Source: Candidatus Peribacteria bacterium
GTDB lineage: Bacteria; Patescibacteriota; Gracilibacteria; Peribacterales; Peribacteraceae
Assembly (NCBI GenBank): GCA_023245765.1
Contig: JAHFJP010000001.1
Location: 8,190 to 72,189 of the forward strand
Length of the DNA: 64,000 nucleotides
Reading direction: 5' to 3'
In this document: one piece after another, positions 19,309 through 29,237 of the stretch
Numbering within the stretch: position 1 is the stretch's first letter
Layout: each line of letters starts with the position of its first letter
The notes under the pieces: model-generated
What the model saw: the letters and a program-made list of their open reading frames with translations, nothing else
Databases searched by the model: none
Told to the model about the DNA's origin: nothing
Position numbers and translations under genes: made by a program

Positions 19309-19615
19309 TGAATCCATGAGTGATTTTTTTCGATGAATGAAGACGAAAGAATGAGTACAATCTGTATTCAGCATATTTTAGTCATTTTTAGCATGAACTA
19401 ATTTTTTATACTTTCATGTCCTCTAGCGGAAAAACATAGGTAAATTTTGTATTCACTTCATCAATGTCTGAATACCAAAGGTAGTCGGTTTGAGGTTGCA
19501 CACGGTCTTTCCGGCACATTAGACTGATCTCCGTTCTCCTGATTGTAAGGAGATGCGTGCCATGGATTTCCCCTTCGGTACGCCACAATTTTCATCTCCT
19601 TCATCTGTCCTGTTT

Positions 19616-20851
19616 ATGCCGAAAGAACGTGTCGTCGCCAGTCTAGATATCGGATCTGCCAAGATCCGCACTGTTATCGCCGTGGTCGATGGTGGCGACG
19701 GAGAGAGACGGACACCGAACGTCATCGGGGTCGGCATCAGTCCGTCACTCGGTATGCGCAAGGGGCATGTGATCGACGTGGAGGAACTCATCCATAACAT
19801 CATTTCATCATTGGAAGATGCCGAGCGGATGGCGGGCGTACCGGTCAATCATGTCTTCGTCGGCATGAGCGGCAGCCACATTGAGGCGTTCGACAGCAGG
19901 GGCGTGATCGCGATCTCCGGATCCGAAATCACGATGGAGGATATCGGCCGCGTGCTCGATGCCGCCCAGGCCGTCTCGATCCCCCAGAACCGCCGCATCC
20001 TTCATATTGAACCAAAGGCATATGCCGTCGACGAGCAGAAGGGCATCAAGAACCCGCTCGGCATGACCGGCATCCGGCTCGAAGTCGAAGCGCACATCAT
20101 CACCGGCCAGGTGCAGCATGTGAAGAATGTGGAAAAATGCATCGACCAGGCGGGCGTCGATATCGACGCGCTCGTCCCGGCAACCATTGCCGCTGCGGAG
20201 GCGACCCTCACCAAGCGTCAGAAGGAACTCGGCGTTGTCGTCATCGATATCGGCGCGGGCTGCACGAGCATCGCCGTCTTCGAGGAGGGGACGATCCTCC
20301 ACTCCGTCTGCTTGCCTATTGCCGGCGAGAGCGTCACGAGCGATGTCGCGATCGGGCTGCGCACCTCCATTGATACCGCTGAGAAGATTAAGATCGAGTA
20401 CGGATCGGTGCTGCCGGGAGAAATGAGCGAGCGCGAGATGATCGATCTCTCGTCGGTCAGCAAGGTCGACACCCAGACTGTCTCCAAGAAATACATGGCC
20501 GAGATCATGCAGGCGCGGTACTTCGAGATCTTCTCCCTTATTAAGGCGGAGCTCACCCGCATCGGCCGCAGCGGCATGCTCCCGGCTGGAGCGATCCTCA
20601 CCGGTGGCGCCGTCAAAGCACCCGGTGTGCTCGATCTCGCGCGCGATGTCCTCGGACTGCCCGTGCAGATGGGCTTCCCGGTGGATATCGGCGGCGTCAT
20701 CGAGAAGGTCGATGATCCCGCCTACGCCACGGCACTCGGCACCCTCGTCTGGGGCGTCCGGGAAGATGAGCAGGGCGGGTTCCGTGCCAACTTCCAAATG
20801 AAACGCGCTCTTGCCAGTGCTGGGTCCTGGATTCGTAGTCTCTTCCCCTGA
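19616..20851 (+). CDS. ftsA: Cell division protein FtsA
   Basis: LDIGSAKI, NPLGMTG, DIGAGCT, LTGGA and YATALG. Start moved to ATG 19616. Confidence 0.96.
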   Translation: MPKERVVASLDIGSAKIRTVIAVVDGGDGERRTPNVIGVGISPSLGMRKGHVIDVEELIHNIISSLEDAERMAGVPVNHVFVGMSGSHIEAFDSRGVIAISGSEITMEDIGRVLDAAQAVSIPQNRRILHIEPKAYAVDEQKGIKNPLGMTGIRLEVEAHIITGQVQHVKNVEKCIDQAGVDIDALVPATIAAAEATLTKRQKELGVVVIDIGAGCTSIAVFEEGTILHSVCLPIAGESVTSDVAIGLRTSIDTAEKIKIEYGSVLPGEMSEREMIDLSSVSKVDTQTVSKKYMAEIMQARYFEIFSLIKAELTRIGRSGMLPAGAILTGGAVKAPGVLDLARDVLGLPVQMGFPVDIGGVIEKVDDPAYATALGTLVWGVREDEQGGFRANFQMKRALASAGSWIRSLFP

Positions 20852-20877
20852 ACCACTCGCTTCGCTCGGGTTCAGGG
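20846..20877. repeat. Hairpin element overlapping the ftsA stop
   Basis: CCCTGAACC-ACTCGCTTCGCTCG-GGTTCAGGG. The same loop motif occurs at 42475..42512. Confidence 0.6.
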
Positions 20878-20926
20878 CAAGCCATTCGGTTTCCTTCCTC
20901 TCCTCTAGCGTTTTCCCCTCCATTCT

Positions 20927-22183
20927 ATGTCTGATACATTCCGTTCTATTTTCTCCCGCGGCGGTACTGGTGCATCCGGTTCCGGAACCGGTGGGACGCA
21001 GGGCGACGACACGACGGGTGGCCGCGAGGTTCGCCCCGACATGATCCCCGGAGCCACGATCCGCGTGCTCGGCGCGGGTGGCGGCGGCGGCAACGCCGTC
21101 AAGCGCATGGTGGAGGGCAAGCTCCAGGGCGTGGAGTTCATTGCCGTCAATACCGACGCGCAGGCGCTCTACCATAACCCTGCGGCAAAGAAGATCACGA
21201 TCGGCCGCGGCACGACGCGCGGTCTCGGTGCAGGCTCGAACCCCGAAATGGGTAAGCGCGCTGCGGAGGAGAGTTTGGAGGAGATCAAAGCCGCACTCGA
21301 AGGCACCGACATGCTCTTCATCACCGCCGGGCTCGGCGGAGGCACCGGCACGGGCGGTATCGTCCCCATTGCCGAGGCGGCCCGCAGCATGGGCATCCTG
21401 ACGGTCGCGGTCGTCACCCGGCCGTTCAGCTTTGAAGGCTTCAAGCGGAAGAAGCAGGCCGACGAGGCGCTTGAGGCGCTCAAGGGCAAGGTGGATACGC
21501 TGATTACGATCCCGAACGACAAGATTCTTTCACTGATCGACAAAACCACGCCGCTCACCGAGGCCTTCCAGGTGGTCGACGAAGTGCTCAAGCACGCGAT
21601 CGAGGGCATCTCTTCGCTCATCACTGTGCACGGACTTGTGAACGTCGACTTCGCGGACGTCAAAACGATCATGCAGGACGCCGGTACGGCTCTGATGGGC
21701 ATCGGCTACGGTACGGGCGATAGCCGCGCCTCAGAGGCCGCGCGCGCCGCTGTGGATAGCCCATTGCTCGAGGCGAGCATCCACGGAGCGCAGGGCATTC
21801 TCTTCAACATCACCGGTGGCAACGACCTCAGCATGTTCGAAGTCGACGAAGCCGCCCGCATCATCACGGAGGCTGCCGCGCCGGAAGCCAACATCATCTT
21901 TGGCGCCGTCATCGACGAGCAGTTCACCGGTCAGGTCAAAGTGACCGTCATCGCGACGGGCTTCGACGACCAGACGACCTCTGCCGCGCAGATGGCCAGC
22001 CCTGCCGCGCGCATCCTCAAGAGCAACTTCGGCCGCACGATCCTGCCTTCCGCCGCAACGACCGAGAAGACCGACGGCCGCCGCGAGGCGGTCACGGACG
22101 CGACGCTCAAGTCCACCGCGATGGATCTGAACATGGAAGAGCTCGAAGTACCGGCGTTTATGCGGAAGCCGTTGTCGAAATGA
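20927..22183 (+). CDS. ftsZ: Cell division protein FtsZ
   Basis: GGGGGNAV, NTDAQ, GGGTGTG, NVDFAD and C-terminal LEVPAFMRK. Confidence 0.98.
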   Translation: MSDTFRSIFSRGGTGASGSGTGGTQGDDTTGGREVRPDMIPGATIRVLGAGGGGGNAVKRMVEGKLQGVEFIAVNTDAQALYHNPAAKKITIGRGTTRGLGAGSNPEMGKRAAEESLEEIKAALEGTDMLFITAGLGGGTGTGGIVPIAEAARSMGILTVAVVTRPFSFEGFKRKKQADEALEALKGKVDTLITIPNDKILSLIDKTTPLTEAFQVVDEVLKHAIEGISSLITVHGLVNVDFADVKTIMQDAGTALMGIGYGTGDSRASEAARAAVDSPLLEASIHGAQGILFNITGGNDLSMFEVDEAARIITEAAAPEANIIFGAVIDEQFTGQVKVTVIATGFDDQTTSAAQMASPAARILKSNFGRTILPSAATTEKTDGRREAVTDATLKSTAMDLNMEELEVPAFMRKPLSK

Positions 22184-22187
22184 GGAG

Positions 22188-22323
22188 GGGACCGATGGGA
22201 TCGACGTGACCGAGGGGACCAACGTGCATCAGCGAGAAACCGGGACCGGGGATCCCGGCTTCTCTGTAGGGAAAATTCGGGAGATACCTCGGTCCCGTCG
22301 GTTCCCTCGGTGCCTTCGGTCCC
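22188..22323. repeat. 9-bp period inverted array (4+4 units, ACCGA core)
   Basis: gggaccgat gggatcgac gtgaccgag gggaccaac, 64-nt spacer, ctcggtccc gtcggttcc ctcggtgcc ttcggtccc. Confidence 0.85.
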
Positions 22324-22324
22324 T

Positions 22325-22759
22325 TTAATGCGTCCCCGTACTCCCAAACCCCCCCCTTGTCTCCTTTCCATGATCATCCACTTCGCTCCACTGCGCCTTC
22401 TCCACCTTCACGAATACCCCCTGCGCGATGCGTTCCCCGCGTTCGACGGTGACCGGCGCATCGCTGATGTTCTGGACCTGCACGAGCAGTTCATCCTTTG
22501 CTCCGTGGTAGTCGCAGTCGATGACGCCGATCGAATGCGGACAGACGAGCGCCTTTTTCCGCGGGAGCGACGAGCGGGGGATGATGAGCAGCGCGTAGCC
22601 CTCCGGGACCTTCACGATCACGTTTCCGGGCACCAGAGCGATCTTTCCAGGCTCGATGACGGTGGTCTCCCGCGTGATCAGGTCAAAGCCGACCGCTCCC
22701 GCTGATTCATATTTGGGGAGGGGCAGTGACGGGTCGACGCGTTGAAGAGAGACAAGCAT
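22325..22759 (-). CDS. dut: dUTP diphosphatase
   Basis: GFDL, PRSS, GVIDCDYHG, RIAQ and RGGFGSTG. Confidence 0.95.
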   Translation of the reverse strand: MLVSLQRVDPSLPLPKYESAGAVGFDLITRETTVIEPGKIALVPGNVIVKVPEGYALLIIPRSSLPRKKALVCPHSIGVIDCDYHGAKDELLVQVQNISDAPVTVERGERIAQGVFVKVEKAQWSEVDDHGKETRGGFGSTGTH

Positions 22760-22793
22760 CGTCACAGAGGATGCACGCCTGAGCCTCTACCGT

Positions 22794-25700
22794 CTAGTGG
22801 TGCCCTCCCGAGGGTACCACCATGAGTTCTCTGCGAGCGACGTCGCGGGCTTCGACCGCTGCTTTCACGTTCTCCAAACTGACTTGCCCGCTGCTGCCGC
22901 CTTCATCGAAGAATCCGTTCGCGTAGTCCGGATTATCTGCACCACTCGACAGTTTGTAATCTTTTGTAAAGTCCATGAGCACTTCCTTGAGCACGTGAAG
23001 ATTCTGCGGGAGCACTTCTTTGAGCGCCTGGACGAACGCTGGTGTGCCGTCGAACAGCTTGCGTCCGACAGTTGCATCTTTCTTGTCGATCTTCTTGCCT
23101 GCTACCACATCTTTGTCGGTTGCAATGTAGTCGCCGAGCAATCTGATCGGTTGCTCCTTCTCGTAATAATCCTGTGGCTCCCCGTTCGGGCCTTCTCTGG
23201 TTTTCTTGCCGCCGTCTTTCATCTTGTTCTGGCTGAGGTAGGTCTGCCAGTGGGATGATTGCTCGATTTTGTCCTTCAATCTCGTGACGAGCTTGATGAC
23301 GAACTTGTTCATGTTCTCGCGGTACTTGGCGATCGTGTGCACCCCATCGCTGGAAGGGGAGTGGCTTGCAAGCTGGCTCAAACTCAGGGTCGGACGCGTT
23401 TCCGTGTTGTACCCGCGTCGGGCGAGAATGTTATCGACGTCGACGTATGCACCGAGTGCATCGGCGAGAATGCTCGCGTCTTCGGGTGTAAAGCGCTCTT
23501 CGCCGTTTTCTTCCAGCTGCGCCAGACGGCCGAAGATCTTGAACTTGGAACTGTAGCCGCAGTAGAGGTTTTTGAGCCCTTCCGGCGACATCTTCTGGCG
23601 GCTTCCACTGATGACGTCGGCCATGCCGCGGACGGCGTTGAAGTCGAGTTGCGGGAGGAAGAGCGGCACGTCTTCGTGGTCGATCGTCTCGGAACTCGTC
23701 CGTGACGTGCCCTTGCTCAGACGTTCCTGGACGCCTTTGTTGCGGACGAGGTCGAGCTGGATCCAGAGCGTGGTCTTGGCGCCGGGCCGGAACGTGTCGA
23801 CTCCATCTTTCGTTTCCCGCAGACGGTTGCGGAGGGCCTGCACTTCCGGCAGGGTGTTGTTCTTCTTGTAGAAGTAGTCGATGAAGGGGAACTGGTTGAG
23901 CACGCCGCCTTCCTCACCGGCGAGCGTGCGCAGGCGATCGATACTCAGGAGGCCGTCGGCGACGCCGCGGATGAGGTAGTAGAACTTCTGCTCCATGGTC
24001 ATTTTACCGTTCTCAATGGCGTAGTGAATGATCTTTTCGAAGAGATGTGGCTTGATGTCCTCGGGCGGTGTGGTTCCGGTGTGGTGTTTTTCTTCGTACG
24101 TTTTCCATTCGTTCCAGAGGCGCAACTGCTTGTTGAGTTCGCCCTCCATGCCGCCGCGGAGGTTACTGAGCTGGTCGACCCACGGCGTGAAGTGCTCTTT
24201 GCCGCTCTTGGTCTGACTGTCGTTCTCGGAGCGCCAGTGGTAGTAGAGTTCTTTGTCGTTCCAGATGTAACTGATGATTTTTCTCAGCCACGTATCGCGC
24301 AGCACATCACTGCGGAGGCACGGCCGTTCCGGCATGTTGTAGCCCGAAATCGCATTGAGCGTTGTCCATGTGCCGGTGTCGTTCCAGTCCATTTCGCCAC
24401 GACTGCAGAGGAGAGCGATGATACCGCGAACGGCGTCTTTGTTCTTCGTGGAGTGCAAAAAATGCTGCAGCGTGTGGCTGTCCTCGTTCTTCATGCCGTC
24501 TTTCCATTTGTTGGCCGCCTCTTCCTCCGTGCCCGAGTAGCGCCGCTGATGGTACGCGTGGAGCCCCGTCAGGTACTTGCCTGCGCCGGGAATCTGTTTG
24601 AGCAGACTGCTATCTTGTAATGGCTTGGTGATGGCGTAGCCGATGTCTTTGAGAACGGCATCCTGGCGGCGTTTGTAGATGTCCTTGATGTCTTCCCACG
24701 TGTCGTTCCACAGCCGCACGACGTCATTGATGCTCGCAAGCCGCACGCCGCCCGTGAGGGCTTCCCAGATGCCCACATCGCGGGCCTGCTTGGTGGTATC
24801 GAGTCTCTGATTGTCGTAGTTGACCACCACTGTTTCGAGCTTCTCAGCATAGGCGATGAGCTTTTTGCAGCGCTCCTGTTGCTCGTGATCATCTTCCGGT
24901 GGTGTCTGAGGATCACGCCACTGAGACTTCTCGCGGAATATTTTTTCGAGTTCGTTGAATTCGTCTTCGCCGTCCTGGTACTTGTCCTTGAGTTCCACAA
25001 ACAGATCCGGCGGAAAATCTGGCGGTTCGGTGTAGGCGTAGATGAACTGCTTCACATTGCGCAGCGCACGGTCGGTATCGTTGAGCATTTCGCGCATGTT
25101 GAAGATTTCTTTCTGCTTTGGTGCCGCATCGGCATCGACCGTCATGCGTCTGCGGGTCGCGCGGCGAATGGGTTGGTCCTGCACCCGTCCCACCCGGTTG
25201 AGCCGTCGTCTGAAATCTTTTTCGATCGGACCGCTCTTCATCGGTGCACGGGGCTTGCGTTCCATCAGATCGAACAGTGACTGTTCTGCATCCGAGAATG
25301 GCCGAGCGATTCTGCCCGCTTTGTAATCGGCAAAGCGGATAAGCAGCTCTTCCATGAGTTCCTCCCGTTCGATGTTTGGTTCGAGGTGTTCTTCTCTGAT
25401 CGCTTTGTACGAACCCCAGTCGAGAAGAGAAAGTGCCTGGTCAAACGTCTGTCCGCTTGGTGTCGATCGCGTGCTGAACTCGTCGAGGGTCCCCTGGATG
25501 AGCCTGGGGAACAGTCCGGTTCTTGTCCGGAGAATATCGAGAATGGCATGCGCACGCTCATGTTCGACTTCGGGTCCGTTGCGGTCGACGCCCGGACGAA
25601 TGGCGATGATCGGTCGTGGCTGATGATTTGGGCGATACTCCGCGGGAACGTTTTCCGGCAGATCATTGACTTCCTGGATGTTGTTGCGGACGTCATTGAG

Positions 25701-27968
25701 CATTCGCACGCACTGTTCGATCTTCTCGACCTCTGTCCGCTCTGCGTAGAGCGACCGAAGTTTGCCGATCCCACTCTTGTTCTTGTCCTGCACCGCGGCA
25801 TCCATCCTCTGCTCGATTTCCCGCTGTCTGCCGAGGAAAAAGTATCCGAGGTTCAGGTACTCGCTGATGCTGTGGCGCAGCGGCGGGTAGAGGCCGTTGC
25901 GCTCCGTGCGCTTGGGATCACCGGTTGTATCCGTATTCGCGCGCTCGGGGATGAGAATGCCGATGGCGGTCCGCAGGCGCCCGCGCGTCTGCTCGCGAAT
26001 GTTAATGATTGCACTGTCCGTATCCAGATCCTTCGTTTCTGCATCGATCTGTGCGTCGATGGTTTTTACGTGTGCGACGGCACGTTCGAGCCGCGACGGA
26101 TCGCGGAGGTATTCGAGACATTGGGAGATCCGTGTTTGCGTGTGGATCGGGAACCGCGTGGGCGTGACGCACTTGTTCAGTTGCGCGCGCAGCTGCTGCG
26201 GAGATTCCCCACCTGCGTAATTGCGGAGTCGCGCAAAGTAGTCTTTGAAGTCCGCAATGAACGCGTTTTTCTCCCCCTCGGGAATCGGCAGCAGCGACCG
26301 AATCATCTCGAGGCGCTCCGTCCAGGATTTTTGCGGAGCGGGCAGATTCTCGATCTCCCGGATTTTTTTCGCCATCTCATGCGCCCACGTCTCGGTGGCG
26401 ATCTGTTCATCGCGCAGCGCGATGATGTCGGGTTCCGCCTCGAGCATTGTGCCGTCGCCCGCTTCGCGGTTGAGATCGTTCTCGCGCCTGTTCCAGACGG
26501 CGATGTCTTCTTTCGCGGAGATCAGGAAGTCCTGTTCGTCGTCTTTTTTCCGGTCCGGTGCGGGTGGCAACGTGTAGAACGGCTTGCCTTGTTCGTCCGT
26601 GTGGGCCGCTTCTCTGCACTGTCGCAGCGCCTGGGTCTGGACTTGTCCGTAGTCGTCGAGCAGGGGAATGATGCTGAAGCCGTGTTTGCCCAGGAACCGG
26701 CTTTCCAGATCTTGCGCTGCATGTTCCTCCTGCCGTGCGCGGCTCGGCGTCCAAGCGGGATTCCCGGACCGCGTGCGCGTGAGAAGAATCACCTCAGCCT
26801 TCTCGATTGTCAGTGCGGGGTCGACTGCGAGCAGCAGCTTCTCCAGCCGCGCCTTGTGCATCTTGAGCACCTCTTTGGCTCGTTCCTGCAGTTGTGCGTC
26901 GAGGACCAAACGCAATGCAAAGCTTTCGCCCTGCAGACGCTCCATCACGGCGTCGGGCTTCTCCACATCCTGAGACTCTTTCGATGTCTGACTGCCGCCG
27001 AAGTTCCTCGCCTTGCGAATCTGCTTACGGACGTTTCCCATCATTCCCCGTCTGGCGTCGATACGGATATTGAGCTTTTCGTCCTTCGTCAGTTTCAATT
27101 CTTCAAAGTTCCCAGTGTAGGACTGAGATCTGATCGCGTCCGCTCTGCGTTGCCGGAAGATCTCGTCGAAGTATCGCTCAAAGAGCGTGTCGAGGTCCGA
27201 GCTCGCGACCGTTGTTTTTGCGGCGTCTTTTGCACGATCTTCGATCGCATCGGCAATCTTTTTTTCTAGGTCATCCTTGAGTTGCTCTTTCGTGTTCGCG
27301 TCCAGATTCTGCCGCTCAATCATGATGAACTGGTCTTCCAGTTCCGGAATACTTGGATCGATCTTCAAGGTGGCTCTGATCTTTTCCTGCAGATTCGCAT
27401 ACTGCGCGGCGCGATTTTCCATTTCGTGCGCGCAACGCAGCGTGATGGACGGATTTGCGCTGAGTTGTTCCATCACGAGTGGACGCAGACGCGTGTTGAG
27501 CTCATCACGCTTGTCCGCACCTGTCTTGTCGATCAGTTGATCGAAGTACGATTTCCGCTTTTTTGCGTTAATGACTTCTCTCGTGAATGACGGATCAATG
27601 GCCGGCTCCTCCAGGGTGATGCCAACAGACCGTGCGATCTCTTCCAGGGTTCTGTGACTGATTTGATTATCAATCACGAGGTATCCTGCAGTCAGCATCG
27701 ACCTGTACGCGTCGAAGAGATTTTGAGATTCCAGATAGTCCATCCCACTGAGCTCCCGGAGAACCGAATGTTGGACGGATTTGATGGCGGAACCAACGCT
27801 GGCCACCGTTTCCGAATCTTTCGGAGTGCCTGCTTTCTCCGCATCTTTATCGGAGTCCGGCGCCGAACCTGGTGGCGGTGTCGGATTCGCAAACCGCGCC
27901 TCCCGCCGCTCCCGGGTGGGAGAGTGGTGAGGGGCAAGGTGGCCGGTGAGGAACCGGTCCAACTGCAT
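22794..27968 (-). CDS. Very large hypothetical protein (1724 aa) with HExxH motif
   Basis: Uninterrupted, helical and charged ORF with EHERAH...EELMEE. Its start overlaps the stop of the upstream gene. Confidence 0.8.
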   Translation of the reverse strand: MQLDRFLTGHLAPHHSPTRERREARFANPTPPPGSAPDSDKDAEKAGTPKDSETVASVGSAIKSVQHSVLRELSGMDYLESQNLFDAYRSMLTAGYLVIDNQISHRTLEEIARSVGITLEEPAIDPSFTREVINAKKRKSYFDQLIDKTGADKRDELNTRLRPLVMEQLSANPSITLRCAHEMENRAAQYANLQEKIRATLKIDPSIPELEDQFIMIERQNLDANTKEQLKDDLEKKIADAIEDRAKDAAKTTVASSDLDTLFERYFDEIFRQRRADAIRSQSYTGNFEELKLTKDEKLNIRIDARRGMMGNVRKQIRKARNFGGSQTSKESQDVEKPDAVMERLQGESFALRLVLDAQLQERAKEVLKMHKARLEKLLLAVDPALTIEKAEVILLTRTRSGNPAWTPSRARQEEHAAQDLESRFLGKHGFSIIPLLDDYGQVQTQALRQCREAAHTDEQGKPFYTLPPAPDRKKDDEQDFLISAKEDIAVWNRRENDLNREAGDGTMLEAEPDIIALRDEQIATETWAHEMAKKIREIENLPAPQKSWTERLEMIRSLLPIPEGEKNAFIADFKDYFARLRNYAGGESPQQLRAQLNKCVTPTRFPIHTQTRISQCLEYLRDPSRLERAVAHVKTIDAQIDAETKDLDTDSAIINIREQTRGRLRTAIGILIPERANTDTTGDPKRTERNGLYPPLRHSISEYLNLGYFFLGRQREIEQRMDAAVQDKNKSGIGKLRSLYAERTEVEKIEQCVRMLNDVRNNIQEVNDLPENVPAEYRPNHQPRPIIAIRPGVDRNGPEVEHERAHAILDILRTRTGLFPRLIQGTLDEFSTRSTPSGQTFDQALSLLDWGSYKAIREEHLEPNIEREELMEELLIRFADYKAGRIARPFSDAEQSLFDLMERKPRAPMKSGPIEKDFRRRLNRVGRVQDQPIRRATRRRMTVDADAAPKQKEIFNMREMLNDTDRALRNVKQFIYAYTEPPDFPPDLFVELKDKYQDGEDEFNELEKIFREKSQWRDPQTPPEDDHEQQERCKKLIAYAEKLETVVVNYDNQRLDTTKQARDVGIWEALTGGVRLASINDVVRLWNDTWEDIKDIYKRRQDAVLKDIGYAITKPLQDSSLLKQIPGAGKYLTGLHAYHQRRYSGTEEEAANKWKDGMKNEDSHTLQHFLHSTKNKDAVRGIIALLCSRGEMDWNDTGTWTTLNAISGYNMPERPCLRSDVLRDTWLRKIISYIWNDKELYYHWRSENDSQTKSGKEHFTPWVDQLSNLRGGMEGELNKQLRLWNEWKTYEEKHHTGTTPPEDIKPHLFEKIIHYAIENGKMTMEQKFYYLIRGVADGLLSIDRLRTLAGEEGGVLNQFPFIDYFYKKNNTLPEVQALRNRLRETKDGVDTFRPGAKTTLWIQLDLVRNKGVQERLSKGTSRTSSETIDHEDVPLFLPQLDFNAVRGMADVISGSRQKMSPEGLKNLYCGYSSKFKIFGRLAQLEENGEERFTPEDASILADALGAYVDVDNILARRGYNTETRPTLSLSQLASHSPSSDGVHTIAKYRENMNKFVIKLVTRLKDKIEQSSHWQTYLSQNKMKDGGKKTREGPNGEPQDYYEKEQPIRLLGDYIATDKDVVAGKKIDKKDATVGRKLFDGTPAFVQALKEVLPQNLHVLKEVLMDFTKDYKLSSGADNPDYANGFFDEGGSSGQVSLENVKAAVEARDVARRELMVVPSGGHH

Positions 27969-28510
27969 TAGAGCTTACAGAGGCGGATAATGACGTCGAG
28001 GAAGTGTTCTTTTTGATCCGGCCGGAGGGGGATAAATTGGCTTAGGGTAGTGCGAATCAGGGTGGGGTCGATCTCGCCGGTCTGGATCCGGATATCACTC
28101 TGGAAGCGGGATTTTCGGATAATCTTGAGTTCCGTGAAGAGCGGCGTCTGCACCAGCCAGAAGTCTTTGCACTGGTCCCAGGGCGTGAACGAATCTTCAA
28201 ATTGCACGCCGTCGATCTCGATCTGAATGCTCCGAAGCGGCGTCTTTTCGTTGCGGACCAGGAAGTACACACCGCCGAGCAGCAGCGACACGAGCGTCAG
28301 TGTCCATGCTCCACTGAGGATTCCGTAGGCCGCGACAATCAGCACGATTGCGCCGCCGGTCATGTACCAGCGCGGCGTGTGTTCGTGGTTAAAATGCGTC
28401 GCGGCGCTCCAGGCGAGGAGCACTTTTGGCACCCGCAGACCGGGTGTAGCGGTCGTCGAATTCTGCGCAGTATTCATGGCCGGAGGAGTGGTGGGTGTTT
28501 GTGTGTCCAA
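27968..28510 (-). CDS. Two-TM CPR-type membrane protein
   Basis: LLAWSA...RWY, two TM helices, then a PH-like IEIDGV..W...KDFW segment. Confidence 0.7.
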   Translation of the reverse strand: MDTQTPTTPPAMNTAQNSTTATPGLRVPKVLLAWSAATHFNHEHTPRWYMTGGAIVLIVAAYGILSGAWTLTLVSLLLGGVYFLVRNEKTPLRSIQIEIDGVQFEDSFTPWDQCKDFWLVQTPLFTELKIIRKSRFQSDIRIQTGEIDPTLIRTTLSQFIPLRPDQKEHFLDVIIRLCKL

Positions 28511-28603
28511 ATCCTTATATTATAGCGGAAAAGTCGTGTTTTTAGTACGGGCGGATTCTTGATTATTGATAAAAGTATGGTTTTCTATATACTATAGAGA
28601 AAT

Positions 28604-29236
28604 ATGCATCAGGTAGATATTCTTGGCCCCGAGCAGACCAGACAGGAGTTCACGGATGACAGAGTCCGCTGCTTCGCGGAAACAATCATCGCGTACTACG
28701 AAAGGAAACAGGCGGAGGATCTCGCAGCGTCGCAATCACGGATAGAGCGGCATGCCGGTCGAATTCTGTCGGCAGCAACGCGACTCTTCAAAGGAAAAAA
28801 GAAGCGAGAGGGGGAAATTACAGAGATGCAGTCATTGCTGGCTGGTTCCCGTGATAATGGCCAGCTCTTCACTGCGAGGGTCGGAGAAAAAATTGTTGCT
28901 ACGACCGGATACAGGCTCATCGGCAGCGATTCCAAAACACACAAGCCGGTGTGGGAAATCGTTCAGGTGTTTGTGTCCGATGAGCACCGTGGAAACAAAC
29001 TGTCGTGGACGTTGATGGACGCCGCTGAGAATGCCATCAGAAAAGCTGATCCCATTGCAAATATCGTGATCGTATCGGACCACAAAACCGTCCAAAATTG
29101 GGCGAAAGCCAGGCAATACGGAAACATTACTCTCAAGGACCACTGGGAGATCGAACATCCGTCGGAGACACTTCCGAATCAGAAGAAGGCTGAATTTCAG
29201 GGGAAGGCGAACACGCTACTGGCGTTCCGGAAGTGA
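28604..29236 (+). CDS. GNAT family N-acetyltransferase
   Basis: VFVSDEHRGNKLSWTLM acetyl-CoA-binding motif A. Confidence 0.7.
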   Translation: MHQVDILGPEQTRQEFTDDRVRCFAETIIAYYERKQAEDLAASQSRIERHAGRILSAATRLFKGKKKREGEITEMQSLLAGSRDNGQLFTARVGEKIVATTGYRLIGSDSKTHKPVWEIVQVFVSDEHRGNKLSWTLMDAAENAIRKADPIANIVIVSDHKTVQNWAKARQYGNITLKDHWEIEHPSETLPNQKKAEFQGKANTLLAFRK

Positions 29237-29237
29237 G

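Noticed and set aside
19406-19588. 60-aa minus ORF upstream of ftsA
   Set aside because: No motifs; it lies in the AT-rich promoter region of ftsAZ.
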